NCBI GenBank assembly: GCA_963708025.1
Contig: CAVPSB010000018.1
Location: forward strand, 192,001 to 256,000
Direction of reading: 5' to 3'
Length of the DNA stretch: 64,000 nucleotides
Source: an uncultured Candidatus Rokubacteria bacterium
Lineage (GTDB): Bacteria; Methylomirabilota; Methylomirabilia; Rokubacteriales; DASRDR01
Shown piece by piece: positions 1 to 9,305 of this stretch (within the stretch, counting starts at the first letter, position 1; the number at the start of each line of letters is the position of its first letter). The position numbers and the translations under genes are program-made. The notes under the pieces were generated by a model, which worked only from the letters and a program-made list of their open reading frames with translations, had not been told where the DNA came from and did not search any database.

Positions 1-838
1 AGCATCCCTCGCTGTACTGGCGGGCGACCGCGTCGCTCACCGCCGGGATGCGCGTCAGGTCCGCGATGCGCACCATCTCCGTGAAGAAGCCGCGCTTCCC
101 GAACTGCTGGCCGGCGGCGCACATGGCGTGCGGGCTGGCGAGCGCCTCCCACGTGGATCGCGCGATCGGCCGGCCTACGGTCTCGTGCTGGGTCACTTCG
201 CGGGTGCTGAGCGCGGTGACGACCCGGAGCACGGCATCCCGGTAGAAGGCCTCTGCGTCGTCCGCCGCGGTGCAGGGGTGGGCCCCGACCAGATCGAAGT
301 GGTACGCCGCCAGGGGACGATCGTCCCCAACGACGAGGATGATCCGGAGGCTCTTGAGCTGGGCTTGCAGGAGGCGCACCAGGGCCAGGATCGGCCCGCC
401 CCGCCGCCCCTGCTCGCGGAGCACGCGATGGGCCCCGGACGCCAGCCCCGGGAAGGCGTAGTCCCGCGGGTCCGGGCGCGCCTTGGCCACCGCGCCCTCG
501 AGCTGCGCCAGGACCGAGTCGAGGCGGGCCGGGCGGACGTGCACGAGCGTGAACACGGGGGGGATGCGGCTCAGGCGGAAGCGCCGCCGCCCGGAGAAGA
601 GCAGGGCGCGGCGCCAGCTCAGGACCTCGCCGAACGGGGCCGTGGTCAGCAGGCCGTCGGTCCCCGCGTCGGGGGCCTCCTGGACGCGATGGCCCAGCCG
701 CCGGAAGTGTCGCAGCAGGTTGTGCACGAAGCCGTCCAGGAGCGGCGTCGTCGGACCGGGCACGAACGCCAGGGTGGCGCTTCGCCACCAGGGGTGCGCG
801 GACTCGACCGCCCCCATCTCGCCCGCTGACGATGTCAT
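1..838 (-). CDS. Hypothetical protein, 3' end outside the window
   Basis: Manual translation of the minus strand from ATG 838 (alternative 817) gives an open, GC3-biased frame MTSSAGEMGAVESAHPWWRSATLAFVPGP...FFTEMVRIADL...QYSEGC running off the window edge. It is absent from the ORF track because it has no stop. No family recognised. Confidence 0.75.
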   Translation of the reverse strand, partial: MTSSAGEMGAVESAHPWWRSATLAFVPGPTTPLLDGFVHNLLRHFRRLGHRVQEAPDAGTDGLLTTAPFGEVLSWRRALLFSGRRRFRLSRIPPVFTLVHVRPARLDSVLAQLEGAVAKARPDPRDYAFPGLASGAHRVLREQGRRGGPILALVRLLQAQLKSLRIILVVGDDRPLAAYHFDLVGAHPCTAADDAEAFYRDAVLRVVTALSTREVTQHETVGRPIARSTWEALASPHAMCAAGQQFGKRGFFTEMVRIADLTRIPAVSDAVARQYSEGC

Positions 839-895
839 CGCCAACCGAGATCCCTGATGCCGAGCCGGCGCTGCGACCGTGGCTTCCTATCCGCT

Positions 896-935
896 CCCTC
901 TCCCTCCCTCGGGAGGGAGAGGGCTGGGGTGAGGG
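896..935. repeat. Palindromic REP-like element (CCCTCTCCCTCCC-tc-GGGAGGGAGAGGG-CTGGGGTGAGGG)
   Basis: Perfect 13-bp inverted repeat at 896-908/911-923 with a GGGGTGAGGG tail, in the gap between two minus-strand genes. Confidence 0.75.
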
Positions 936-956
936 TGGGGCCGATGGACCTGGACT

Positions 957-2168
957 TCATTCGTCGCAGGCGAGCACGACCCGGATCGCCCCGCCTCGCC
1001 TGTCCCGGGCGGTGGTGATCGCCTGGCGCCAGCGGCTCAGCGGGAAGCGGTGAGTGAGGAGACCCTCGATCCTCAGCCGGCCCTGTCGCAGCAGGTCGAT
1101 GACCACGTCGTACGTGTGCCGCGAGGCGCCGTCCCACGTATCGGTGCCGTGACCGCAGACCCCGGTCAGGTGGACCTCCTGGTGCCAGAGGGGGCTGAGG
1201 TCCAGCCGGAGCGGGGCCAGCTTGATTCCCACCATCACGACCGTCCCGCCCGCCCGGGTCCAGCGCAGGCTGTCGTGCAGGGTGCGGGCGGAGCCGACGC
1301 AGTCGTAGACCACGTCGAAGCCACCCAGGAGCGTGCGGTTGCCCAGCGCCCCGCGGTACAGCCGGGCGCCGGTGATCCGGGCGGTCGCCTGGTAGCCATC
1401 CTCGGCCTCGATCACGTCGTCGGCGCCGAGGTGACGGGCCATCCGGGCCTGGCTCGGATGACGGGCGGCCGCGGTGATGCGGCAGCCCGGCGACACGGCC
1501 CGTACGGCCTGCACGGTGTTGAGGCCGACCGTGCCGCTCCCCAGGACCAGCGCGCACTCACCGGGCCCGGGAGGACGCCGCAGCGCCGCCCGCAGCCCGA
1601 TGCTCAGCGGCTCCACCATCATCGCCTGGTCGTCGCTCAGGTCGTCGGGGACGGGGTACACCTCGGTCTCGTGGGCGGTGAAGCCGTCCCCCCAGCCCCC
1701 GCCGACACCGCGGGGGCCGACGCCCGCCGACGCGTTCTCGCAGCGCGCGCGGTTCCCCTCGGCGCAGTGCCGGCACGGGGGCACGATCTCCTGGCTGAGG
1801 CAGGTGGCCCCCTGGAAGCGGCTGTCCATGATCACCCGGTCGCCCACCCGGTGGCGCGTCACGCCGGACCCGACCTCGGTCACGTGGGCGACCACCTCGT
1901 GTCCCAGGTAAAGGCGCCGGTTGCCCGGCAGCGCGGCCGGCGCGATCGAGGGATCGACGTTGACCAGGAGGAGCGACACGTCGGTGGCGCAGATGCCGCA
2001 CTGCCGGTTCCTCAGCCGAACCCATCGCGGGCCGGGTAGCTCCGGCTCCGGCACCTCCGCGTACCGGGCCGGGGACACGGCCGAGAACACGACGCCGGGC
2101 CAGACCGGCCTGAGCGCCTTGACGGCGAGCATCCGGGGGATGTCTTTGTCGACGTAGATGGTGCGCAC
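957..2168 (-). CDS. Zinc-dependent medium-chain dehydrogenase/reductase
   Basis: Motifs GICATD, LGHE, structural-Zn Cys cluster (C..PPCRHC..GNRARC) and GSGTVG Rossmann loop. Start set at GTG 2168 (VRTIYVDK). Confidence 0.9.
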   Translation of the reverse strand: MRTIYVDKDIPRMLAVKALRPVWPGVVFSAVSPARYAEVPEPELPGPRWVRLRNRQCGICATDVSLLLVNVDPSIAPAALPGNRRLYLGHEVVAHVTEVGSGVTRHRVGDRVIMDSRFQGATCLSQEIVPPCRHCAEGNRARCENASAGVGPRGVGGGWGDGFTAHETEVYPVPDDLSDDQAMMVEPLSIGLRAALRRPPGPGECALVLGSGTVGLNTVQAVRAVSPGCRITAAARHPSQARMARHLGADDVIEAEDGYQATARITGARLYRGALGNRTLLGGFDVVYDCVGSARTLHDSLRWTRAGGTVVMVGIKLAPLRLDLSPLWHQEVHLTGVCGHGTDTWDGASRHTYDVVIDLLRQGRLRIEGLLTHRFPLSRWRQAITTARDRRGGAIRVVLACDE

Positions 2169-2387
2169 CGGTGTGCGGGATCGCAGGCAGTGTGAACCCG
2201 TCTCCCGGCGGCCGTCAAGGGACGATCGGGCCGGGTGGGCGGATTCACCCGATCGATGGCCCGCCGTGTTTTTGGACGGGCGCATCATCGACGTGCGTTA
2301 TCCTCGTCTCACGTGAGCATCGAGGGGACCGAGCCGGGAGCGTCGCGCCCGCCGCTGGAGGCCGGTCGGACCGCTGGGTCCGACGCG

Positions 2388-3116
2388 ATGACCGCGCCCG
2401 GAAGCCCCGAGCTCTCGGTCGTCGTCCCGGTCTTCAACGAGGCGCGGACGATCGCCAACGTGGTGCTCGGCTGGGCCTCGGAGCTCGACGGGCTGGGGAT
2501 CGACTACGAGCTCCTCGTCTACGACGATGGCTCGACCGACGACACCCGGCTGATCCTGGGCCGCCTCGGCGCCCGCGTGCCCCGCCTCACGGTCCGCACG
2601 CAGCAAAACCGGGGCCACGGCGCCACCGTGCTGCGCGGCTACCGGGAAGCGCGCGGCGAGTGGGTGTTCCAGACCGACAGCGACGGCGAGGTGGCGCCCG
2701 GCAGCTTCGATGGTCTGTGGCGGGAGCGCCACGCCCACGACCTCGTGCTCGGGGTCCGGCAGCGCCGCCGGGTGTCGTGGGACCGGCGCCTCGTGAGCTG
2801 GCTCTCTCGGCTCAGCGTGCGGGTGCTCTTCGGCGCCCGGATCGCCGACGCCAACGTCCCCTTCCGCCTGGTGCGGCGCGCCCACCTGCAAGGTATGGTG
2901 GCGGATCTGCCGGAGGACCTCTTCGCCCCGAACGTCGCCCTCGCCGGGGTCGCGGCGCGGGCGCGGCTGCGCATCCGGGAGGTCCCGGTGGCGCACGTCG
3001 GGCGGCTCGAGGGCCGCGGGTCGCTGGTCGGCGCACGGGTCTGGCGCGCGGCCGCCACCGCGTTCCGGCAGACCGTGGAGGTGGCCCTGCGGGCCCGTCG
3101 CCGTCCTCGCTCGTGA
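2388..3116 (+). CDS. Glycosyltransferase family 2 (DPM1-like, polyprenol-phosphate glycosyltransferase-like)
   Basis: SVVVPVFNE, YDDGSTD, NRGHG and TDSD motifs; ATG at 2388. Confidence 0.9.
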   Translation: MTAPGSPELSVVVPVFNEARTIANVVLGWASELDGLGIDYELLVYDDGSTDDTRLILGRLGARVPRLTVRTQQNRGHGATVLRGYREARGEWVFQTDSDGEVAPGSFDGLWRERHAHDLVLGVRQRRRVSWDRRLVSWLSRLSVRVLFGARIADANVPFRLVRRAHLQGMVADLPEDLFAPNVALAGVAARARLRIREVPVAHVGRLEGRGSLVGARVWRAAATAFRQTVEVALRARRRPRS

Positions 3117-4522
3117 ACGACCCCGGGCGAGTCCTGATCCTGGGGGCGGGGCCGACCGGCCTCGGCGCGGCGTACCGGCTCGCCGAGCTGGGGGTTGAGA
3201 CGTTCCTCGTCCTGGAGGCGCGCTCCGGCCCGGGTGGGCTGGCGTCCAGCTACGTGGACGAGTGGGGATTCACGTGGGACGTGGGGGGCCACGTCCAGTT
3301 CAGTCACTACGCGTACTACGACGACGTCCTCGACCGGGCACTGGGAGACGCCTGGATCGAGCACGAGCGGGAGTCGTGGGTCTGGCTCCGGGGGTGCTGG
3401 GTGCCGTACCCCTTTCAGTACAACCTGCACCGGCTGCCCCCGGCCGACCGCGACCGCGCGCTCCTGGGCCTCGAGCGGACCGCCCGGCGGCCCCGGGCTG
3501 CGCCCGCCGGGAACTTCCACGACTGGATCGAGACCACGTTCGGCGACGGGATCGCCGAGCTGTTCCTGATCCCCTACAACGGGAAGGTGTGGGGCTTCCC
3601 GCTGGAAACGCTGGGCGTCGGCTGGGTCGGCGACCGGGTGGCCACGCCCGATCTGGAGCGGGTCCGGAAGAACGTGAAGGAGCATCGGGACGACGTCGGC
3701 TGGGGGCCCAACCACCGCTTCCGCTTCCCCCGCTCCGGAGGGACCGGCGCCATCTGGACGGCGGTCGCCCGGCTCGTTCCCCCCGAGCGGCTTCGGTTCG
3801 AGGCGCGGGTGACGGCCCTGGATCTCCGGCACCGCCGCGCGCGGCTCGCCGATGGTCGGACCTTTCCGTACGATCACCTGGTCACGTCGCTGCCGCTCGA
3901 GGCGCTCTGTGGGCTCGCGGAGGGCCTGGATCCCGCGGTGAGCCGCGCGGCCGCAGCGCTCCGGCACAGCGCCGTGCACGTGCTCGGCGTCGGGCTCCGG
4001 GGCGATCGGCCGGCGAGCCTCCAGGGGAAGTGCTGGATCTACTTCCCGGAGCCTCACAGCCCGTACTACCGGGTCACCGTGTTCTCCCACTACTCGCCGC
4101 ACAACGTGCCGGCCGGGGAAGGCTACTGGTCGCTGATGGCCGAGGTCTGCGAGACGCCGCTGAAGCCGGTCGAGGTCTCGCGGCTGCGGGCCTCGGCGCT
4201 GGAGGCGATGCGGCGGGACGGCCTCGTCGGACCCCGATCCGAGGTCGTGAGCTTCTGGCACCACCGGGAGGAGCACGGCTACCCCACCCCGTCTCTCGGA
4301 CGCGACGAGGCGCTGGCCGTCCTCCTGCCCGCGTTCGAGGGCTTCGGCGTCTACTCGCGCGGCCGCTTCGGCGCCTGGAGGTACGAGGTCTCGAACCAGG
4401 ACCACTCGTTCATGCAGGGGGTGGAGGTCGTGAACCGCGTCCTCGGCCTCGGCGACGAACCCACCCTGCGCGATCCGGGGCTGGTGAACGGCGGCGCCTT
4501 CCTCCGGGCCGGCCGGCCCTGA
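3113..4522 (+). CDS. FAD-dependent enzyme, probable eukaryote-type UDP-galactopyranose mutase
   Basis: GAGPTG dinucleotide loop, GGHVQFSHY, YYRVTVFSHYSP and RGRFGAWRYEVSNQDHSFMQGVE. GTG start overlaps the GT2 stop (GTGA). Confidence 0.75.
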   Translation: MNDPGRVLILGAGPTGLGAAYRLAELGVETFLVLEARSGPGGLASSYVDEWGFTWDVGGHVQFSHYAYYDDVLDRALGDAWIEHERESWVWLRGCWVPYPFQYNLHRLPPADRDRALLGLERTARRPRAAPAGNFHDWIETTFGDGIAELFLIPYNGKVWGFPLETLGVGWVGDRVATPDLERVRKNVKEHRDDVGWGPNHRFRFPRSGGTGAIWTAVARLVPPERLRFEARVTALDLRHRRARLADGRTFPYDHLVTSLPLEALCGLAEGLDPAVSRAAAALRHSAVHVLGVGLRGDRPASLQGKCWIYFPEPHSPYYRVTVFSHYSPHNVPAGEGYWSLMAEVCETPLKPVEVSRLRASALEAMRRDGLVGPRSEVVSFWHHREEHGYPTPSLGRDEALAVLLPAFEGFGVYSRGRFGAWRYEVSNQDHSFMQGVEVVNRVLGLGDEPTLRDPGLVNGGAFLRAGRP

Positions 4523-4569
4523 CCATGAAAGAACGCCGGCCGGCCCGGGGTTCGATACCAGAGAACGAA

Positions 4570-6567
4570 ATGGCGAAGCCCAGGCTCGAGTCCAGCGCCG
4601 CGCCGGCCAAGGCCCCTCCCTCCCAGCCAAAGGCCGCCTTGTCGGCCGTCGAGATGGGCGCCCGTCAGCGGGAGATCTCGGTTTCCGAGTTCTTCACCAA
4701 GAATCGCCACTTGCTCGGCTTCGACAATCCGAGAAAGGCGCTCCTCACCTGCGTCAAGGAAGCCGTCGACAACGCGCTCGACGCGTCCGAGGAAGCGGGC
4801 ATCCTGCCCGAAGTCGTCGTCAAGCTGGATGTCGCGACGAGCAACGGGGCGGCTCCGCCGGCGCCCAGCCAAGCGACCCGCTTCCGCGTCACGGTCATCG
4901 ACTACGGCCCCGGCATCGTCCGCCAGCAGATCCCGCCGATCTTCGCCAAGCTCCTCTACGGCTCCAAATTCCATCGGCTGCGCATGAGCCGCGGCCAGCA
5001 GGGAATTGGAATATCGGCGGCCGGCATGTACGCGCAGCTGACGACCGGCAAGCCGGTGCAGATCATCTCTCGCACCAGCGCGCGGTCGCCGGCCCACTAC
5101 TTCGAAGTCCAGATCGACACCAAGAAGAACGAGCCACGGATCTTCGAGAACAAGAAGATCGACTGGGAGAGCCATCGCGGCACCCAGGTGACGCTCGAGA
5201 TCGAGGGGCGCTATCAGAAGGGCCGCGCCTCCGTGGACGAGTATCTCGAGCAGACCGCCATCGCCAATCCGCACGTGAAGCTCGTCTACCACACGCCGGA
5301 TGGCGAGATCAGAGAGTATCCGCGGACGATTCAAGAGCTGCCGCCCCAGCCCCGCGAGATCAAGCCGCACCCCTACGGCATCGAGTTCGGCATTCTCCTG
5401 AGAATGCTCCACGACACCAAGAGCCACTCGCTGGCCGGGTTCCTCGCCAGCGATTTCAGCCGGGTCTCATCATCCGTCGCCCAGGAGATCTGCCAGACGG
5501 CCCGGCTGTCGCCGGACGCGCGGCCGCGCAACATCCACGGCGCCGCCGCCGAGGCGCTCTACAAGGCGATCCAGTCGACCAAGATCATGGCGCCGCCGTC
5601 GAACTGCATCTCGCCCATCGGCGAAAAGGCGATCCTCCACGGCCTGTACAAGCAGATCAAGGGAGAGTTCTACACGGCGGTGACCCGACCGCCGGCGGTA
5701 TACCGCGGCAATCCGTTCGTCATCGAGGCGGGATTGGCGTACGGCAAGGGACCGGATCAGGCGGCGGATCCGCCGGAAGCACCCGCGGTCGCGTTGGCCG
5801 AAGGCGAGCAGCGGGAGGACGACAGCGAGCTGGCCCGCGTCATTCGCTACGCCAACCGCGTACCGCTGCTCTACCAGCAGTCGGGCTGCGTGACGTTCAA
5901 GGCCGTGCTCGAGACGATCTGGCGGAACTACGGCGTGTCCCAATCCCGGGGCGCGCTCCCGGCCGGCCCCATGGTGGTGTTCGTCCACATGGCCTCGGTC
6001 TGGGTGCCTTTCACGAGCGAGTCCAAGGAAGCGATCGCCGACTACGACGAGATCCGGAAGGAGATCAAGCTCGCGCTGCAAGAGTGCGGGCGCCGGCTGG
6101 GCGTCTTCTTGCGGCGGCGTGAGCGGGCCAAGAGCGAGTTCCGCCGGCGCAACATCTTCGAGCTGTACATCGAAGAGGTCGTCGAGGCCTGCGCCCGCCT
6201 GAAGGGCGGCAAGCTGCGCAAAGAGAAACTCAAGAGCCAGTTGCAGAAGATCGCCAGGAAACGGACGGGCGGCGAGAAGACTGACGAGATACTGGGCGAC
6301 GACAGCGGTCCGGAAGGTCTCCCTCACTCGATCATCGTCACCGCCGGGGGTGCGGAAGGGGAGGCGCCGATGTCGCCCGGCGCCGAGCGGAGCGATATTT
6401 CGCCGCCGGAAGAGCTCCGACCGGAAACGGATCGGCCCGCGCCGGCGAGGCGGAAGGGCCAGGCCAAGCCGGCCCGGTCGACCAGGATGGCCCCGCCTGA
6501 CCACCGGAAGCGAGCGGCGCCGGGCTCCAGGAAGACGAAGACGAGCCCGAAACGCAGGAAGAGATGA
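4570..6567 (+). CDS. top6B: DNA topoisomerase VI subunit B
   Basis: REISVSEFF, KEAVDNALDA (GHKL N-box), LLYGSKF, SRGQQGIGIS, RYANRVPL, VPFTSESKE. Start uncertain (4525/4570/4654). Confidence 0.95.
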   Translation: MAKPRLESSAAPAKAPPSQPKAALSAVEMGARQREISVSEFFTKNRHLLGFDNPRKALLTCVKEAVDNALDASEEAGILPEVVVKLDVATSNGAAPPAPSQATRFRVTVIDYGPGIVRQQIPPIFAKLLYGSKFHRLRMSRGQQGIGISAAGMYAQLTTGKPVQIISRTSARSPAHYFEVQIDTKKNEPRIFENKKIDWESHRGTQVTLEIEGRYQKGRASVDEYLEQTAIANPHVKLVYHTPDGEIREYPRTIQELPPQPREIKPHPYGIEFGILLRMLHDTKSHSLAGFLASDFSRVSSSVAQEICQTARLSPDARPRNIHGAAAEALYKAIQSTKIMAPPSNCISPIGEKAILHGLYKQIKGEFYTAVTRPPAVYRGNPFVIEAGLAYGKGPDQAADPPEAPAVALAEGEQREDDSELARVIRYANRVPLLYQQSGCVTFKAVLETIWRNYGVSQSRGALPAGPMVVFVHMASVWVPFTSESKEAIADYDEIRKEIKLALQECGRRLGVFLRRRERAKSEFRRRNIFELYIEEVVEACARLKGGKLRKEKLKSQLQKIARKRTGGEKTDEILGDDSGPEGLPHSIIVTAGGAEGEAPMSPGAERSDISPPEELRPETDRPAPARRKGQAKPARSTRMAPPDHRKRAAPGSRKTKTSPKRRKR

Positions 6568-6576
6568 GAAGGGTAC

Positions 6577-7683
6577 ATGGCGCGAAAGAGGCCGGAGAAG
6601 AACGGAGCGGTCGAGAAGAAGCTGGTCGGCGTGGCCGACGTCGTGATCACGGCCGCCGAGCGGAGCCGGGACCCCGCGCTGGCGATCCCCGTCCGCAGCC
6701 TCGCCAACGTCAAGTTCAACGAGAAGCGGGGCATCATCGAGATGGGCAGGAGAAAGCAGGCCCGCACGTTCTTCAACGTGGGGATGGCGAAGAAGTTCAT
6801 GCAGACCGTGCTGGTGGCCGATGCCCTGGCCGAGCTGCAGCGGGCGGACCTCACGACCTCGCTCCGGGAGATCTACTACCGCACGAAGCACACGATCAGC
6901 GACTCGCACGAGAACACGTTCGACGGCCAGAACGAATCCGACCCGCTGATCGAGGACCTCGAGGTCACGCTGGCGGCGCTCCGCGAAGAGCTCCACGTGC
7001 GCGCCGAGAACGCCGGCAGCATTGTGGGGCCGGTCGTGCTCGTTGACGACGGCGATCGGGTGGACTGCGCCCGTTTGGGCAAAGGCGGCTACTCGGTCCC
7101 CTCCATCGTCGAGCCCGAATACATCCAGATCCGGAGTTGCACGGCGGACTTCATCCTCCTCGTCGAGAAAGGCACGCAGTGGAACCGCCTGTCGGAAGAC
7201 AAATTCTGGCGCCGGTACAACTGCGTGCTCCTGACCGGCAACGGCCAGCCCCCCCGCGGCGTCCGGCGCCTGGCGCGCCGGCTGCACGAGGAGTACAAGA
7301 TTCCCGTGTATGTCCTCGTCGACAACGACCCGTGGGGTTACTACATCTACTCGGTCGTGAAGCAGGGATCGATCAATCTCGCGTTCGAGAGCCAGCGGAT
7401 GGCCATTCCCAAGGCCAAGTTCATCGGCCTGTCCAGCGCCGATCCCGAGAGCTACGGCCTCCCGCGCAACGTCGGCATCAAGCTCAACGACAAGGACGTC
7501 AGCCGGGCCAAGGAGCTGCTCAGGTATCGCTGGTTTCAGAAGAAGGACTGGCAGGCGGAGATCAAGCGGATGCTCGCGACCGGTCTCAAGTACGAGCTCG
7601 ACGCGCTGGCCAACAAAGATTTCCGCTACCTGACCAAGACCTACCTGCCCCGGAAGCTCAAAGAAAGAGACTGGCTGGACTAG
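6577..7683 (+). CDS. top6A: DNA topoisomerase VI subunit A (Spo11 family)
   Basis: SLREIYY with the catalytic Tyr, QNESDPLIEDLE, Toprim VEK and DNDPWG, KYELDAL; directly downstream of top6B. Confidence 0.95.
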   Translation: MARKRPEKNGAVEKKLVGVADVVITAAERSRDPALAIPVRSLANVKFNEKRGIIEMGRRKQARTFFNVGMAKKFMQTVLVADALAELQRADLTTSLREIYYRTKHTISDSHENTFDGQNESDPLIEDLEVTLAALREELHVRAENAGSIVGPVVLVDDGDRVDCARLGKGGYSVPSIVEPEYIQIRSCTADFILLVEKGTQWNRLSEDKFWRRYNCVLLTGNGQPPRGVRRLARRLHEEYKIPVYVLVDNDPWGYYIYSVVKQGSINLAFESQRMAIPKAKFIGLSSADPESYGLPRNVGIKLNDKDVSRAKELLRYRWFQKKDWQAEIKRMLATGLKYELDALANKDFRYLTKTYLPRKLKERDWLD

Positions 7684-7787
7684 TGCCGTTCCAACTGCAT
7701 GAGCCAAGATGGGCAGCCGATTCTTGAAGCACGGACTTGCCCGCAATTCCTCGAAGGGCTGGCTGGAACGAGTTGGAACGGCACTAG
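7680..7787. mobile_element. MITE-like element with 17-bp perfect terminal inverted repeats
   Basis: CTAGTGCCGTTCCAACT (7680-7696) and AGTTGGAACGGCACTAG (7771-7787) enclose a non-coding, lower-GC interior. CTAG/TA lies at both ends and the left end contains the top6A stop. Confidence 0.8.
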
Positions 7788-7850
7788 CGCGAATGAGCCG
7801 CAACGGACGGTCAGACCCCGGTGACTCCGAGCGTCGTCGCGGGTAGGCGT

Positions 7851-9299
7851 GTGTCCCGTCTGCGGGTCCTGATTGCGGTCTTCGACGGGCTCCAGCCATC
7901 CCAGGTCCGTCCCGGCATCACGCCGACCATTGACCGGCTGGCGAGAGACGGCGTCACGTTCGCGCGCCATCATGCCGTCTTCCCGACCGTCACCCGCGTG
8001 AACGCGGCCAGCATGGTAACCGGGCGCCACCCGGGCGGGCACGGGCTGCTCGGGAACACGCTGGTGGTGCCCGAGTGGGCCCCGTACCGGGCGATCCCGG
8101 CCCTGGTGCCCGAACTGGAGGCGATCGCCGGGGCGACGGGCCGGGTGCTGCTGGCGCCGACTCTCGGTGAGATGCTTCGTCCCCACGGGCTCACGTTCGG
8201 CACCGTGGTGGGCGGCACCAGCGGCAACGCGTACGTTCAGCACCCGCATGCCGCCCGGGTGGGCGGCGCCGTCCTCCATCCTGAATTCGCCCTCCCCGCG
8301 GATCACCATGCGCCGATGATCGCGCGCTTCGGCCCCTGGCCGCCGAAGCGCGCGCCCGCGATCGGGCGCATTCGCCAGGCCGCCGACGTCTTGCTCGGCT
8401 ACTTGCTGCCGGAGGTCGATCCCGAGGTCGCGCTGGTGTGGTTCCCGGAGCCGGACACCTCGCAGCACGCAGCCGGGGTCGGCTCGCCGCCAGCCGTCGA
8501 CGCGTTGACCGCCGCCGACGCCGAGCTCGGTCGGATCGTGGCGGAGCTCGGACGACGCGGCGTCGAGCCCGACGTGCTGGTGCTGTCCGACCACGGGTAC
8601 TCGACCGTCGCCCGTCTGATCCCGATCGAGGCCCTCGTCCGGGAGGCCGGGTTTCCGCCGGCGGACACGGCCGGCGGCGTGGTGGTGGCCGCGAATGGCG
8701 GGGCGGTGCTGTTCTACGTCCGCGATTCGGACCCCGGCGTCCTCGAACGATTGACCGGGTGGCTCGTCGCGCAGCCGTGGGCCGGTGCCCTCGTCGCCGG
8801 ACGGGCGGAGGGCGCGGCGCTCGGGCTTCTCCCCGGTGACCTGCTCGGGCTGGCCGGGCCCCGCGCAGCCGATGTCGTGCTCTCGTTCCGGTGGGATTCG
8901 GCCGGTACGGTGAACGGCTTCGCCGGATGCATCGACAGCGCCGAGGGGGCTCCGGGCCTTGGCACCCACGGGTCGGGCAGTCCCCACGAGCTCCGCTGCG
9001 TGTTGATCGCCAGCGGCCCGAGCTTCCGGCAGCGGCTCGTCTCCGAGCTGCCCTCCGGCAACGTCGACATCGCGCCGACCGTGCTGCGTCTGCTCGGGGT
9101 GACGACGGACGCGGCGCTCGACGGCCGACCTCTGATCGAGGGCTTGCGCAGCGCAGCCGATCGGCCTCTCGAGGCGTCCGCGCCGCATCGATACGAGGCG
9201 ACTTGCCGGATGGGTGGCGTGAGCCTCGTGCACTGCGCGGTCGTCGAGGGTGTCGGACACGCCCGGTACGTCGCCTCGCTGGGCGTCGAACGGCCGTAG
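7851..9299 (+). CDS. Alkaline phosphatase / nucleotide pyrophosphatase-phosphodiesterase family protein
   Basis: VFDGL, FPTVTRVNAAS (Thr nucleophile), EPDTSQH, LSDHG, GTHG, NVDIAPT. Confidence 0.85.
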   Translation: MSRLRVLIAVFDGLQPSQVRPGITPTIDRLARDGVTFARHHAVFPTVTRVNAASMVTGRHPGGHGLLGNTLVVPEWAPYRAIPALVPELEAIAGATGRVLLAPTLGEMLRPHGLTFGTVVGGTSGNAYVQHPHAARVGGAVLHPEFALPADHHAPMIARFGPWPPKRAPAIGRIRQAADVLLGYLLPEVDPEVALVWFPEPDTSQHAAGVGSPPAVDALTAADAELGRIVAELGRRGVEPDVLVLSDHGYSTVARLIPIEALVREAGFPPADTAGGVVVAANGGAVLFYVRDSDPGVLERLTGWLVAQPWAGALVAGRAEGAALGLLPGDLLGLAGPRAADVVLSFRWDSAGTVNGFAGCIDSAEGAPGLGTHGSGSPHELRCVLIASGPSFRQRLVSELPSGNVDIAPTVLRLLGVTTDAALDGRPLIEGLRSAADRPLEASAPHRYEATCRMGGVSLVHCAVVEGVGHARYVASLGVERP

Positions 9300-9305
9300 G
9301 CCCAG

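Noticed and set aside
3262-4524. Apparent 420-aa N-terminal extension of Top6B (1101-aa ORF)
   Set aside because: It overlaps the FAD enzyme in another frame and translates as Arg/Gly/Pro noise; not a fusion.
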